Shown piece after piece: positions 9,062-17,696 of a stretch of 64,000 nucleotides of DNA. A program made the translations under genes and the position numbers. The number at the start of each line of letters is the position of its first letter. The first letter of the stretch is position 1. The stretch is from a virus (taxonomy: Duplodnaviria > Caudoviricetes), in IMG/VR virus record IMGVR_UViG_3300044709_000184, positions 37,925 to 101,924 of that record, one strand, 5' to 3'. The notes beneath the pieces were generated by a model. That model was given only the letters and a program-made list of their open reading frames with translations. It did no database searches and was not told where the DNA came from.

Positions 9062-9802
9062 CACCTCCGGGTCGACCGCCAGCCACACGTCGGGGAAGGC
9101 CGGCTGAGGCCCCATCCGCACCGAGGTGACCACACCGGCCGGGAACACGCACAGCAGCTGGCCGTCGGCGCCGGGTTCGAACGACATGGGCCACCCGGCC
9201 AGCATGTGGCTCGGGTCGTGAGGCCCGTCGTGATGGCGGGGCGTTATCGCCATCTCCGGTTTGAGCCCGGCGAGGCGGGCCCCGACCATGACCAGCCCCG
9301 CCGCCATGAGAGATCCGTCGGCCAGCCAGACCCGCTGCACCACCCCGATCAGCTCCTCCTTGGTGGGGCTGCGCCGTCCGGGTTCGACCGTGAACAGCGG
9401 CGCCCCACCGCGCTCCGGCACCTGCCAGTCGCCAGCCAGTAACATCCGCCCGTCATCGGACGGCCTGTCGACCGGGCCGAGGAGTGCTGTGAAGGGCACC
9501 AGCTGCCGGGCCGCAAGGTTGCGGCGCATCAGCATGAACCGGGTCGCCACGGTGGCGACCAGCCCCAGCAACGCCAGAGCATTGAGCCAGCCCACCACGA
9601 TCAGCACATTCCACACGGTGGGCTGCCGCATCGCCGGGATCGCGAACAGGGCCGTGCCGGCGACCGCCCAGGTGACCCCCAGCCCGTACACGACCGGGAT
9701 GGCCCAGCTGGTCGGGTAGCGGCGGGCGACCCACCGGCCGGCCTCAAACAGGGCGACGATGCCCAGGAAGGCGCCGGCCAGGGCAAACCGGTCGAAGATC
9801 AT
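9056..9802 (-). CDS. Three-TM protein fused to a degenerate prohead-protease-like domain
   Basis: The C-terminal half aligns by eye to the N-terminal domain of 33605..36109 (GPVDRPSDDGR vs APIDQPTGDGR; PQPAFPDV vs PIPAFVEA). Confidence 0.6.
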   Translation of the reverse strand: MIFDRFALAGAFLGIVALFEAGRWVARRYPTSWAIPVVYGLGVTWAVAGTALFAIPAMRQPTVWNVLIVVGWLNALALLGLVATVATRFMLMRRNLAARQLVPFTALLGPVDRPSDDGRMLLAGDWQVPERGGAPLFTVEPGRRSPTKEELIGVVQRVWLADGSLMAAGLVMVGARLAGLKPEMAITPRHHDGPHDPSHMLAGWPMSFEPGADGQLLCVFPAGVVTSVRMGPQPAFPDVWLAVDPEVS

Positions 9803-9981
9803 GGCAGGGCCTTTCTCGGAACGGTGGGCAGGTCGGCCCGCGCTACTTCACCGGCGCGGCTCTGTCCGGCCTGGGCGGCGTCGATGAGGGCCAGGAACTC
9901 GGCGTACCGGCGGCCCAGCTCGTCGCCGTCGCCGCTCACGTACTGGGCGTCGACGGTGGGCTCCTCGCCGGCGGCGCTCAC
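9799..9981 (-). CDS. Hypothetical protein
   Basis: Overlap-coupled small ORF in an operon. Confidence 0.45.
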   Translation of the reverse strand: MSAAGEEPTVDAQYVSGDGDELGRRYAEFLALIDAAQAGQSRAGEVARADLPTVPRKALP

Positions 9982-10196
9982 GACGGCCGCCATGCCTGGG
10001 CCAGGCGGGGCACCGTACGGACGATCCGTTCGGCCATCTCATGCAACCCTTCGGTGAGCACGTCGACCGGCTCGGGGCCGCTGCCGCCACCGAAGATGAC
10101 CACCGCGGCGGCGACCAGGGCGTCTTCCAGCTCGGCGATGTAGGCCGCGTCAGACGGGCAGCGGGCCGGGCCGCTGATGGTCCACCCGGCGGCCAT
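9978..10196 (-). CDS. Hypothetical protein
   Basis: Coupled ORF starting MAAGWTISGP. Confidence 0.5.
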   Translation of the reverse strand: MAAGWTISGPARCPSDAAYIAELEDALVAAAVVIFGGGSGPEPVDVLTEGLHEMAERIVRTVPRLAQAWRPS

Positions 10197-10387
10197 CACA
10201 GCCACCTGCACAGCAGGCTGCCCACGAACAGCCCCACCAGCAGGGCCAGGGCCGCGTAGCTGTGCGGGTTGGCCCGCGGCCACCAGTAGCTGCGCCGGGG
10301 CTGGCACACCGTCCGGTGGTCGGGTGCGGTCTGTTCGGTCAGGGCGGTGCCGCACAAAATGCAGCTGATCAGTGTTCGGCCGGTCAT
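10196..10387 (-). CDS. Small protein with CxxC motif and C-terminal TM
   Basis: CILC...H...C then a hydrophobic tail; ATGA coupling to the integrase stop. Confidence 0.5.
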   Translation of the reverse strand: MTGRTLISCILCGTALTEQTAPDHRTVCQPRRSYWWPRANPHSYAALALLVGLFVGSLLCRWL

Positions 10388-11379
10388 GAGGCTTCTCCTT
10401 CGGCTTCGATGCGGGCGGTGTGCCACCGCTTCTCCAGCTGCCATGAGGGGCTGCGTTCGGGCGAGTTGGGTGACCGGTCGTACATGTCGGTCGTGACGAT
10501 CGAGGCGTGCCCGGCGGCGCGGCGCACATCACCCATGGGCATACCGCCGTCGAGGGCCGTCGTGATGTGGGTGGCCCGGGTCGAGTGGGGGGTGAGCTGG
10601 TCGATGAGCCGCTCCGGCAGACCCGCCTCGGCGGCTAGGCGGCGCAGCAGCAGCCGCACCGCGGTCCGGTGGATGCGCCGGCCGGTCCTGGTGGCGACCA
10701 GCGGCCGGTCCCCGGCGGCGACCTGACCTGGCAGGGCCGGCAGCCGGTCCAGGTCGGTTCGGTCGGCCAGGTAGGCCTCAATCCGGGCCAGGGTGCCGGG
10801 GGCGATGGTGACCAGCCGGGTCCGGCCGCCCTTGCCCCGCACGTACAGCACCGTCATGCCCCGGTCCAGGCCAATGTCGCCGACGTTCGCGGCGACCAGC
10901 TCCCCGACCCGGATGCCGGTGGTCAACAGCAGCCACACGATCGCCGCGGCCCGGGGTGTGTCGGCCAGGGCCGCGGCGAGGAGCTTCTCCACCTGCCCGT
11001 CCGACAGGGCCGGGGCCCGCCTCGGTGCCGGTTTGGGCCGCTCGGCCCGGTCGAGCAGGGCCGGGTTGCGGTCGGTGGCCTCCTCCCGGATGAGCCACCC
11101 GTACCACGACGACACCGCCGCCAGCCGCCGCGCCCGGGTCGACCCGGACTCGTGGGTCAGCGATCCCAGCCACAACGACACGTGCCGGTGCCGGGCATCG
11201 GTCGGGTAGACCCCGTTGGTCCGGCACCACTTCAACCACGACGCGAGGTCACGCCGGTAGGCGTCCTTGGTGTGCTCGGAGAGCCGGGCGACCAGCCAGT
11301 CGTTGGTCAGCTCGTTAAGCCGTTCGTTGCTGGTCGGATCACCGGCCGGGACGAGGTCGTTACCTGCCACGGCGGCCAT
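10384..11379 (-). CDS. Tyrosine recombinase/integrase (XerC/D-like)
   Basis: SAM-like N-domain (SEHTKDAYRRDL), TGIRVGEL, RGKGG, TPHSTRAT, GHASIVTTDMY: complete R-K-H-R-H-Y set. Confidence 0.92.
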   Translation of the reverse strand: MAAVAGNDLVPAGDPTSNERLNELTNDWLVARLSEHTKDAYRRDLASWLKWCRTNGVYPTDARHRHVSLWLGSLTHESGSTRARRLAAVSSWYGWLIREEATDRNPALLDRAERPKPAPRRAPALSDGQVEKLLAAALADTPRAAAIVWLLLTTGIRVGELVAANVGDIGLDRGMTVLYVRGKGGRTRLVTIAPGTLARIEAYLADRTDLDRLPALPGQVAAGDRPLVATRTGRRIHRTAVRLLLRRLAAEAGLPERLIDQLTPHSTRATHITTALDGGMPMGDVRRAAGHASIVTTDMYDRSPNSPERSPSWQLEKRWHTARIEAEGEAS

Positions 11380-11803
11380 CCCGCTTGCCCACGTTGCCGA
11401 GCAGGTCATCCACGATTCTGGCTGCGCGGCGCAGCCCACCCGGGTAGGTCACGTGTTGGCGGGCCGGAGCGGCTCTCTCCCCCCTGCTGGCTTCGGCCAT
11501 GATCGCCTTGTGTGCGCCCGCCAGAGCGACCCGCATTGACTGGTCGACCAGTTCGTCCCGGGCGTCCAGCACAGCCGCTGCGCTCTCACCAGCATCGGCG
11601 GCGAGACAGTTGCGGTGCCACAACTGCTCAACCAGATGGGTGTATGGGGCGACGGCGCAGTCGCACGTGTCGAACACGTACGCCAGGTCGATGATGCCGA
11701 CCCGCAACAGGTCGGCACCGCAGCGCGGGCAGGCGCTGAGCCGCTGGTCTGGGTGGTCACGACGCGAGTGCAACTCCAACGTTTGCCCGGTCGGCTCAGC
11801 CAT
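11360..11803 (-). CDS. Hypothetical Zn-ribbon protein
   Basis: CPRC and HRNC motifs; coupled in operon. Confidence 0.55.
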   Translation of the reverse strand: MAEPTGQTLELHSRRDHPDQRLSACPRCGADLLRVGIIDLAYVFDTCDCAVAPYTHLVEQLWHRNCLAADAGESAAAVLDARDELVDQSMRVALAGAHKAIMAEASRGERAAPARQHVTYPGGLRRAARIVDDLLGNVGKRDGRRGR

Positions 11804-12266
11804 GGCCACCAACTCCCGGCAGCAGTGCCGGCATGTTGCCGTTGCCGTAGGCCTGCTCAAGTTGGGGTGCGGCCCAGTCCCCCACGGTGCGCCCGTCCGG
11901 CAGTGTCACGTCCGCAAGGAACTCGCGTTCCACTGTGGTGATACCCGACTCGACGGCCTCCAGCTTGGCCTTGACGATCAGGACCAGGGCCCGCCACCGC
12001 TGGCGCACCGCCTGGTCATACGCCTCGGCACGGGAGGCCTGGGACCGAGGCCGGTTCTGTGCTGTGAACCGGAACTGGTGAGCGTTCGGATCGGGTAGCG
12101 GCAGGCGCATGGTGACGCGCCGGCCGGCGATCTCAAACAGCACGGCAGCGCCGTCCTCGTTCCACATGTGGCCGAAGGCGGTTGCACCGTAGCGACGCAG
12201 AACCGCCTCGATCTCCAGCTTGCTCCTGTCGACCGTCACGGTGGTCTTGCTGGCGTACTGGGCCAT
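11796..12266 (-). CDS. Conserved phage protein of unknown function
   Basis: YASKTTVTVDRSKLEIEAVLRRYGA...WRALVLIVKAKLEAVESGITTVEREFL, a pattern I recognise from phage genomes. Confidence 0.7.
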   Translation of the reverse strand: MAQYASKTTVTVDRSKLEIEAVLRRYGATAFGHMWNEDGAAVLFEIAGRRVTMRLPLPDPNAHQFRFTAQNRPRSQASRAEAYDQAVRQRWRALVLIVKAKLEAVESGITTVEREFLADVTLPDGRTVGDWAAPQLEQAYGNGNMPALLPGVGGHG

Positions 12267-12910
12267 CACAGCCGCCCCGTGTCGAGCGTTTCGGCGGTCG
12301 ACATGAGGTACCCGTAGACCTGGGCGGCGCCGTTCTGCGACCAGCGGGTGCCGGGCTGAAGGTGCCGATCGGCGACCTTGTCCCAGCCGCCGGCCTTGTC
12401 GGCGAACCGGCCGAAAATGTAGGCCAAGGTTTCGGCGACCTCCGTGTACCGCTCGGGGTCGGTGACCCACCGTTCGATCACGTCGACCAGGCGCAGCGAC
12501 GTCATCTGGTGGAACCGGGACGGCTTCTCAGCGATCTGCGAGCCGACCTCCCACGCGAGCCCTGGCAGGCCGGCCGACTCCCACGACCCTTCCCGCCCGG
12601 CCAGCAGCCGACAGCTCCTGGCTGTCGGGTTGGCCTTGGCGTCGGCGCGGAACAGTGAGTACAGGGCGACCATGACCGACCCGGCGGCCTTCTGCCCGGA
12701 CTCGACCAGCGCGTCGACGATCAGCTTCTCGTCTGCGTCGGTGACCGGTTCGACCGGCCGCCACGGTCCCCGCTCGGCGGTCAGCTTGTCCAGGGTCAAC
12801 GGCTCCAGCCCTCGCATGTTGCCGTAGTCGGCGTGGTACAGGCCGTCGCCGGTCAGGTGCCAGCCCTGATGATGTGCGTCGACGACGCGGTGCGGGGCGG
12901 CTGTGGTCAT
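12266..12910 (-). CDS. Hypothetical protein
   Basis: Coupled ORF with globular composition. Confidence 0.6.
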   Translation of the reverse strand: MTTAAPHRVVDAHHQGWHLTGDGLYHADYGNMRGLEPLTLDKLTAERGPWRPVEPVTDADEKLIVDALVESGQKAAGSVMVALYSLFRADAKANPTARSCRLLAGREGSWESAGLPGLAWEVGSQIAEKPSRFHQMTSLRLVDVIERWVTDPERYTEVAETLAYIFGRFADKAGGWDKVADRHLQPGTRWSQNGAAQVYGYLMSTAETLDTGRL

Positions 12911-13119
12911 GGCGACACCTTCTCGACGATCGTGGGCGGCGGGGCTTCGGTGAGCGGCCCGCGTGCGGTGAGCAGCGCCAGCGCGTTCGGGTGGGGCCAC
13001 CAGGTCGGATGGTCGGGTGCCGACCAGCGGCCGTTGCCGGGGTCCTCAATCCAGCGGACCCCTTCCCGGTCGGTCACCGCGCAGTCGGTCGGCACCTCCG
13101 GGACCGGCCAGACTCTCAC
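12907..13119 (-). CDS. Hypothetical Trp-rich phage protein
   Basis: VTDREGVRW...LLTARGPLTE; GTGA coupling. Confidence 0.55.
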   Translation of the reverse strand: MRVWPVPEVPTDCAVTDREGVRWIEDPGNGRWSAPDHPTWWPHPNALALLTARGPLTEAPPPTIVEKVSP

Positions 13120-13496
13120 GACGACATCACCACCGGCAGCCCCTCGGCCGGCCTGCTCAGGTCGCCGTAGTCGTCGGTGAACGTGCCCTGGTCGCCGTAG
13201 TCGGTGGGATCCCACCGTACGCAGCAGCCGCCGCAGACGAAGCTGTCCCCGTCGTGGCTGACCTCGTCGTAGCAGCGCGGGCACAGCGGGTTGCGGTAGA
13301 GCAGTTCCCCGGGTGGTTCGGTGTGACCGGCGGCGATCCGACGTCGTTTCGAGCAGTGGCACAACATGCTCCGGGAGTGCCATTCGCAGTCGGCGTCGTG
13401 TTTGCCCTGCTTCACCTCAGCCAGATGGTGGTCCCGGGCACGTTGCCAGAATGCGGCCATCCGGTCGGTGGGTGCGGCGATGTCGGCGGTGGTCAT
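13116..13496 (-). CDS. Hypothetical Zn-finger protein
   Basis: CPRC...CGGC motifs; ATGA coupling. Confidence 0.55.
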   Translation of the reverse strand: MTTADIAAPTDRMAAFWQRARDHHLAEVKQGKHDADCEWHSRSMLCHCSKRRRIAAGHTEPPGELLYRNPLCPRCYDEVSHDGDSFVCGGCCVRWDPTDYGDQGTFTDDYGDLSRPAEGLPVVMSS

Positions 13497-13675
13497 GACA
13501 TCACCGCCGACAGCCCCTCGGCCTGGCAGGCCTGGCGGACCGGTGCGGTCGAGGCCCACCAGTCGTTCACGGCAGCCTGAATGCGGCGAGCTTCGGCCTC
13601 GTCCAGGTCCATCTGCGGGTCGTCGATTATCACTAGGCCTTCGTCCGGCCCGGGGTTAGCTAGGTCGTTGACCAT
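13493..13675 (-). CDS. Hypothetical protein
   Basis: First gene of the leftward operon; GGAAGGA RBS. Confidence 0.5.
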   Translation of the reverse strand: MVNDLANPGPDEGLVIIDDPQMDLDEAEARRIQAAVNDWWASTAPVRQACQAEGLSAVMS

Positions 13676-13779
13676 GGTGGGTCGGGTCCTTCCAGGGGTG
13701 GGTTTGGGTCGTCATCACACTACCATGACACGACATCATAATGAACCTTATGGAGTCATGGCGGGGGTACGGTGGCGGA

Positions 13780-14274
13780 ATGGACGAATCGGACATGACC
13801 GTGACGTACGACCACGACGACGGCGGCTGGGTGGCCCGGCGGGCCGGTGAGACGCTGGGCACCAACCACATCATCGGCCCGGGCGAGGCCTTCGCCGCGG
13901 TGCAGTGGGCGGCCTGGCTGACCGGTGAGCCGGTGCCGTGGAACCCGGCCCTCCGGGCCGCCGTCGACGAGATGCCGGACCTGCCCACGACGATGGGTCC
14001 GGACTTGAAAACGGTGATGGAGCGCCACCACCAGAACGCCCCCGGTCACCGCACCGACGAGTTCAGCATGCGTGAGCTGAACATCGGCCAGGCGCAGGCC
14101 TGCACGTCCCTGTCCGATGAGGCAGCCCTCGAGCGGGCCCGGTCGGTGCCGTCCGGCACGTCAGGCGGCTGGGTACGCAGCGAGCACCCGGCGGTGACAT
14201 GCGACTACCGGCCGGCCACCCACCGGCACCTCAAGTTCGTGGCGGCGGTGGACTGGGCGGCGGGGGTGGAATGA
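13780..14274 (+). CDS. Hypothetical protein
   Basis: TACGGT -10-like box 6 nt before ATG (leaderless-type); divergent from 13675. Confidence 0.55.
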   Translation: MDESDMTVTYDHDDGGWVARRAGETLGTNHIIGPGEAFAAVQWAAWLTGEPVPWNPALRAAVDEMPDLPTTMGPDLKTVMERHHQNAPGHRTDEFSMRELNIGQAQACTSLSDEAALERARSVPSGTSGGWVRSEHPAVTCDYRPATHRHLKFVAAVDWAAGVE

Positions 14275-14502
14275 CCGGGGCCGGCACCCCGCAACAGGTG
14301 CCGACCCCGGGTCTGTACTCCGCGTGAGGAGGCAGGAGAGAGATCACTGTAGACAGCCGCGGCGGGGCGTCGTGGCCTGCCACGCCGGGCCCGCCCCTAC
14401 GCTGGTGGGCGTGGCCGGGGCCGTCCCGCGCTGGCACCGTTGGGGCCGGCCCCGACACACCTGTAGCCCCCTCACCCCTGACCCGATGAGGTGAGCGTGG
14501 CG

Positions 14503-14982
14503 ATGCGTGGCAGGCGCCTTCTGACAGCCGCCCTCGCGGCGCTGGTGTTGACCCTGGCCGGTTGCCGGACGTTGACAGGACCCGGACAGCATCTGACAAC
14601 CCCACCCGCCCCGGCCCCAGCGCCGGCGCCTGGCCTGGCCGCGTCAAGGATCGTCGGGGTGTGGCGACTCACCGTCAACGGCACCGGCGGGGCCCTGGCC
14701 GCGTTCTGGCCCGGCGGCCTGGTCGAAACCACCGACCCGGCCATGGGGGTGTGGCGGGCCCGCACCAGCGGCCCGGGCGACATCGAAGGCACCTGGGACA
14801 TCCCGCTGGTCGACCTGTCTGTCACCTACGTGATCGCCGTCGACCGTGACTCGTTCACCGGCACCGGCGTGGCCTTCGACACCCGGCCCGGGGCGAAGCT
14901 CAACCCGATCACCCTGGCCGGCACCCGGGTCGCGATCGACCCGGCCGTTCTGGCCCGGGTCACCCCGCCCCGCACGTCATGA
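14503..14982 (+). CDS. Lipoprotein
   Basis: Signal peptide with lipobox LAGC; GAGGT RBS; Pro/Ala linker. Confidence 0.7.
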   Translation: MRGRRLLTAALAALVLTLAGCRTLTGPGQHLTTPPAPAPAPAPGLAASRIVGVWRLTVNGTGGALAAFWPGGLVETTDPAMGVWRARTSGPGDIEGTWDIPLVDLSVTYVIAVDRDSFTGTGVAFDTRPGAKLNPITLAGTRVAIDPAVLARVTPPRTS

Positions 14983-15031
14983 CCGCGCGGCGCACGGGGG
15001 TCCGTCGTGTGTCTCCGTCTAACATCGAGAC

Positions 15032-15232
15032 ATGCCTTCTCTTCGCCGCGCTGATCGTCTCACCGTCCTGACCCTCCTCGTGGTCGCCGGCGTCGCCGCG
15101 GCCGCCAACGGTTTCATCGGCCTGCGGGCCGGGACCGGCGTTGTCCGGCCCGTGCTCATCACGTTTGCCCTTCCGGTACTGCTGTTCGTGGCGTTGACGT
15201 GGCGTCCCCGTATCGGGCTGCGGCGCCGCTGA
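15032..15232 (+). CDS. Small two-TM membrane protein
   Basis: Two hydrophobic segments, basic tail; TAACAT 6 nt before ATG. Confidence 0.5.
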   Translation: MPSLRRADRLTVLTLLVVAGVAAAANGFIGLRAGTGVVRPVLITFALPVLLFVALTWRPRIGLRRR

Positions 15233-15253
15233 CCCCCCCTCCTCACGACGGTT

Positions 15254-15287
15254 GAGGGCCCCCTGCCCAGCTGGGCAGGGGGCCCTC
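15254..15287. repeat. Perfect 34-bp palindrome (terminator or protein-binding site)
   Basis: GAGGGCCCCCTGCCCAG|CTGGGCAGGGGGCCCTC with no spacer, between convergent genes. Confidence 0.8.
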
Positions 15288-15470
15288 TGGCTACCGGGGC
15301 GGCGCAGCTGCTTCTAATCCGTGCCGCCCGGGCCCGTTGCTTCAAATAGGAGCGGCAATGTTAGGTGTCCGTAGCGCCGAGAGGCGACGGTCAGGGTCCC
15401 CTTCCGGTTCGCCGACGCTGTCACCGCGCGGATAAGTCGACCCGCTTGCGCGCCCTGCCGTCAGATCACC

Positions 15471-16019
15471 CTAGCGGTCCGCGCCGGCGCCCATGGCGGC
15501 GTAGAAGTTGTCGGCGGCGGCGTCCTCGTCCCACCACTCGTCGGCCGGCACACCGACCGGGGGGCGTTGCAAATCCAAGTCGAACCGGGCCCGCTGCATC
15601 TGGTCCATGCCGTCGACGACGGTGGCGTAGGCGGCGGTGAGGTAGCCGCCCAGCGACACGACCGTGGGGTCCAGGCCGCGGGCCAGGAGCCGGCCGGTGA
15701 GCTGGGGGACCTGCAGTATCCCGCCGGCCAGGGCCCGGGCAGTCCACCAGCGGGTGCCGGCCGCCTCAGCGAGGGCGGCCTGGGCGGCGTGGCGCAGCTC
15801 GGCCGGGTCGATGGCCGCCGCGGCGATGAGGTCGTCGAGGGCTTCGGCGTCGGCGGCGGGTAACAGACCGGGCACGATGTCACCCCAGGCGCCGGTCACG
15901 ATGGGCACCAGCCACTCAGCGGCGGGCAGGGCCGGGATCGTGTAGACGGTGCCGTCGACGTCGACGTCGATGCGCCAGCAACGCAGCGCGGCCACCGGGT
16001 CGAGCAGGGTGGCGGCCAT
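15471..16019 (-). CDS. Probable tail assembly chaperone (second)
   Basis: Last gene of the tail operon before the accessory block; position and size fit cluster-B-like pre-tape-measure genes. Confidence 0.5.
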   Translation of the reverse strand: MAATLLDPVAALRCWRIDVDVDGTVYTIPALPAAEWLVPIVTGAWGDIVPGLLPAADAEALDDLIAAAAIDPAELRHAAQAALAEAAGTRWWTARALAGGILQVPQLTGRLLARGLDPTVVSLGGYLTAAYATVVDGMDQMQRARFDLDLQRPPVGVPADEWWDEDAAADNFYAAMGAGADR

Positions 16020-16021
16020 GG

Positions 16022-16774
16022 CTACTTGCGGCGGCGGGCCTTGGGGGCCGGGCCGGTGCGGGGCGCGGCCTGCCGGCGTGAGGCGATCAGCGCCGACACG
16101 GTCAGGGTGAGAATCTCAGATGCGTCGACCAGGTCGATGGCCCCGCCGACCAGCTCATCCTCAAGCCAGTCCTTGTCGGCCTCATCGACCAGCACCGACG
16201 TGATGATGTTCATGGTCTGGTTGAAAAGACGCAGCGCGGTGCGGGTGTTGGCGTCGCCAGTGCCGGCGCAGGCCTGGCAGGTCTCCTCGGCCAGGGCGCC
16301 AGTGCCCTGACAGTCCGGGCACGGTTTCGGGGTTTGGCTCTCACGCTGGAAGGTCTGCGCCCGGGTCGCGATGCGTTGCCACAGGGCCATCTGGTCCTCG
16401 CTGGGGCGGGTCACGGCCATCACCCGGCCGCGGAAGGTGATCGTGCCCGGGTCGGCCCCTCCACCGTCCCCGCCACTTTCACCTCCCGCGGCCTGCTGGG
16501 TGGAGGCGGTCGCCGGCGGGGTCTCATCGGCACGGACTGTTCCCAGGTCGTCGTTCCAGCCGTCGCCGTCCCAGTAGCGCAGCACCTGCGGGTCGGCCGG
16601 GTCGGCGTACCAGCCCTTAGGCGGTGACGGGGCCAGGCGCGGTGTTGCGGTCATCTTGGCGGGGGCCTTCGTCGCCTTCGTGGAGGCGGGGGCCTTCTTC
16701 GCAGCCGCTGGGGCCTTCTTGGCGGGGGTCCGCTTCCGGGCGGCTGGTGTCTTCGCCGTCGTGTCATTCGCCAT
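16022..16774 (-). CDS. Probable tail assembly chaperone with histone-like N-tail, DUF2510-like and DnaJ-type Zn-finger inserts
   Basis: PAKK repeats; PKGWYADPADPQVLRYWDGDGW; CPDCQGTG...CQACAGTG; ITFRGRVMAVTRPSEDQ core. Confidence 0.55.
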   Translation of the reverse strand: MANDTTAKTPAARKRTPAKKAPAAAKKAPASTKATKAPAKMTATPRLAPSPPKGWYADPADPQVLRYWDGDGWNDDLGTVRADETPPATASTQQAAGGESGGDGGGADPGTITFRGRVMAVTRPSEDQMALWQRIATRAQTFQRESQTPKPCPDCQGTGALAEETCQACAGTGDANTRTALRLFNQTMNIITSVLVDEADKDWLEDELVGGAIDLVDASEILTLTVSALIASRRQAAPRTGPAPKARRRK

Positions 16775-16802
16775 GAACGACACAGTAAAGGCTGACCTGC
16801 AC

Positions 16803-17009
16803 CTACCTGTCCGGTATGCCCATTTCGCGTTGGGCGGTTGCCCAGGCAGCGTCGACGACGGACCGAAGCCACCGCGTCTCGGCGACCAGCTGGGTGACCT
16901 CCTCGACCGCCAGCTCATACGCCCGGGTCGAGCGCCGATGCCGCACCGGGACTGCCACCTGCACGTAGGCGCGGGCCGCCGCCCAGTACGCCGCGTCGCT
17001 CGCGGTCAC
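16803..17009 (-). CDS. Hypothetical protein
   Basis: GTGA-coupled small ORF. Confidence 0.45.
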   Translation of the reverse strand: MTASDAAYWAAARAYVQVAVPVRHRRSTRAYELAVEEVTQLVAETRWLRSVVDAAWATAQREMGIPDR

Positions 17010-17203
17010 GGCGTCACCATCCGGACCTCGGTCGCCTCGCTGACGTGGTGGCCGGTGGCCGTCGCATGGTCCCGCAGCCACGTATCGCGGTCGTCGGCCA
17101 TGGTGAACGGTTGCGCCACCTTCGGCCCGCCGCACTCTGCGCAGACCGCGAGATGGAACACCGTGACGTGGGCATAGCACTGCAGGTAGAGCGTCTGTTT
17201 CAC
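17006..17203 (-). CDS. Small C2H2-like protein
   Basis: CAEC...WLRDHATATGH. Confidence 0.5.
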   Translation of the reverse strand: MKQTLYLQCYAHVTVFHLAVCAECGGPKVAQPFTMADDRDTWLRDHATATGHHVSEATEVRMVTP

Positions 17204-17213
17204 CGGCGAGAGC

Positions 17214-17633
17214 CTAGGCCGTCTTCGACAACGTGAACCCGGCCGGGCCGGCGACCTCCTGCAGGGCCCGCAGCAGCCAGGGCCGGCCCCGGCGGGCAGG
17301 GTGCCGGGCCGACTTCGCGAACACGACGTCGCCGCCCTTGCTGACCCACCGCAGGGCCTTGCGGCGCTTCGGCCGGATCGTGTAGGCCTTGTTGCCGTTG
17401 TGGACGGCCCGCGCGTAGTCGGTGTCGTTGAACACCTCACCGGTCACCCTGGTGGCGGTGCGCAGGACCCGCATGTTGTTGTGGGCCCGCAGGTTGCCGG
17501 TGTCGACAGGGGTGAGCACGTTGGCCCGGTTGAACACCCGCCGGGTCGTGTCGGTGACCAGCCTGACCGCCGCGTCGAGGGCCACCGCCCGCAGGGCTGG
17601 CTGGTTGAGGGTGAGGCTGAAACCGACCGGCAC
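17214..17633 (-). CDS. HK97 gp10-family neck/tail completion protein
   Basis: TPVDTGNLR, YARAVHNG, HPARRGRPWL motifs. Confidence 0.8.
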   Translation of the reverse strand: MPVGFSLTLNQPALRAVALDAAVRLVTDTTRRVFNRANVLTPVDTGNLRAHNNMRVLRTATRVTGEVFNDTDYARAVHNGNKAYTIRPKRRKALRWVSKGGDVVFAKSARHPARRGRPWLLRALQEVAGPAGFTLSKTA

Positions 17634-17696
17634 GCCATCAAGTGTGGGCGGCCCCAGCCGGTGACCTGTCCACGATCGGGGCCGGCCGTGGAGGGT

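Noticed and set aside
14275-14490. Possible structured ncRNA in the GC-rich intergenic region (also 59545-59815)
   Set aside because: Only generic GC pairing; no recognisable family, tRNA cloverleaf or riboswitch motif.
2701-15460. Short inverted matches (ACCTAAC/GTTAGGT, AAGCGGGT/ACCCGCTT) near the block edges as inversion sites
   Set aside because: Only 7-8 bp and not colinear; compatible with chance.
15471-16774. Programmed frameshift between the tail chaperones
   Set aside because: No slippery heptamer was seen; the second ORF has its own ATG 2 nt after the stop.
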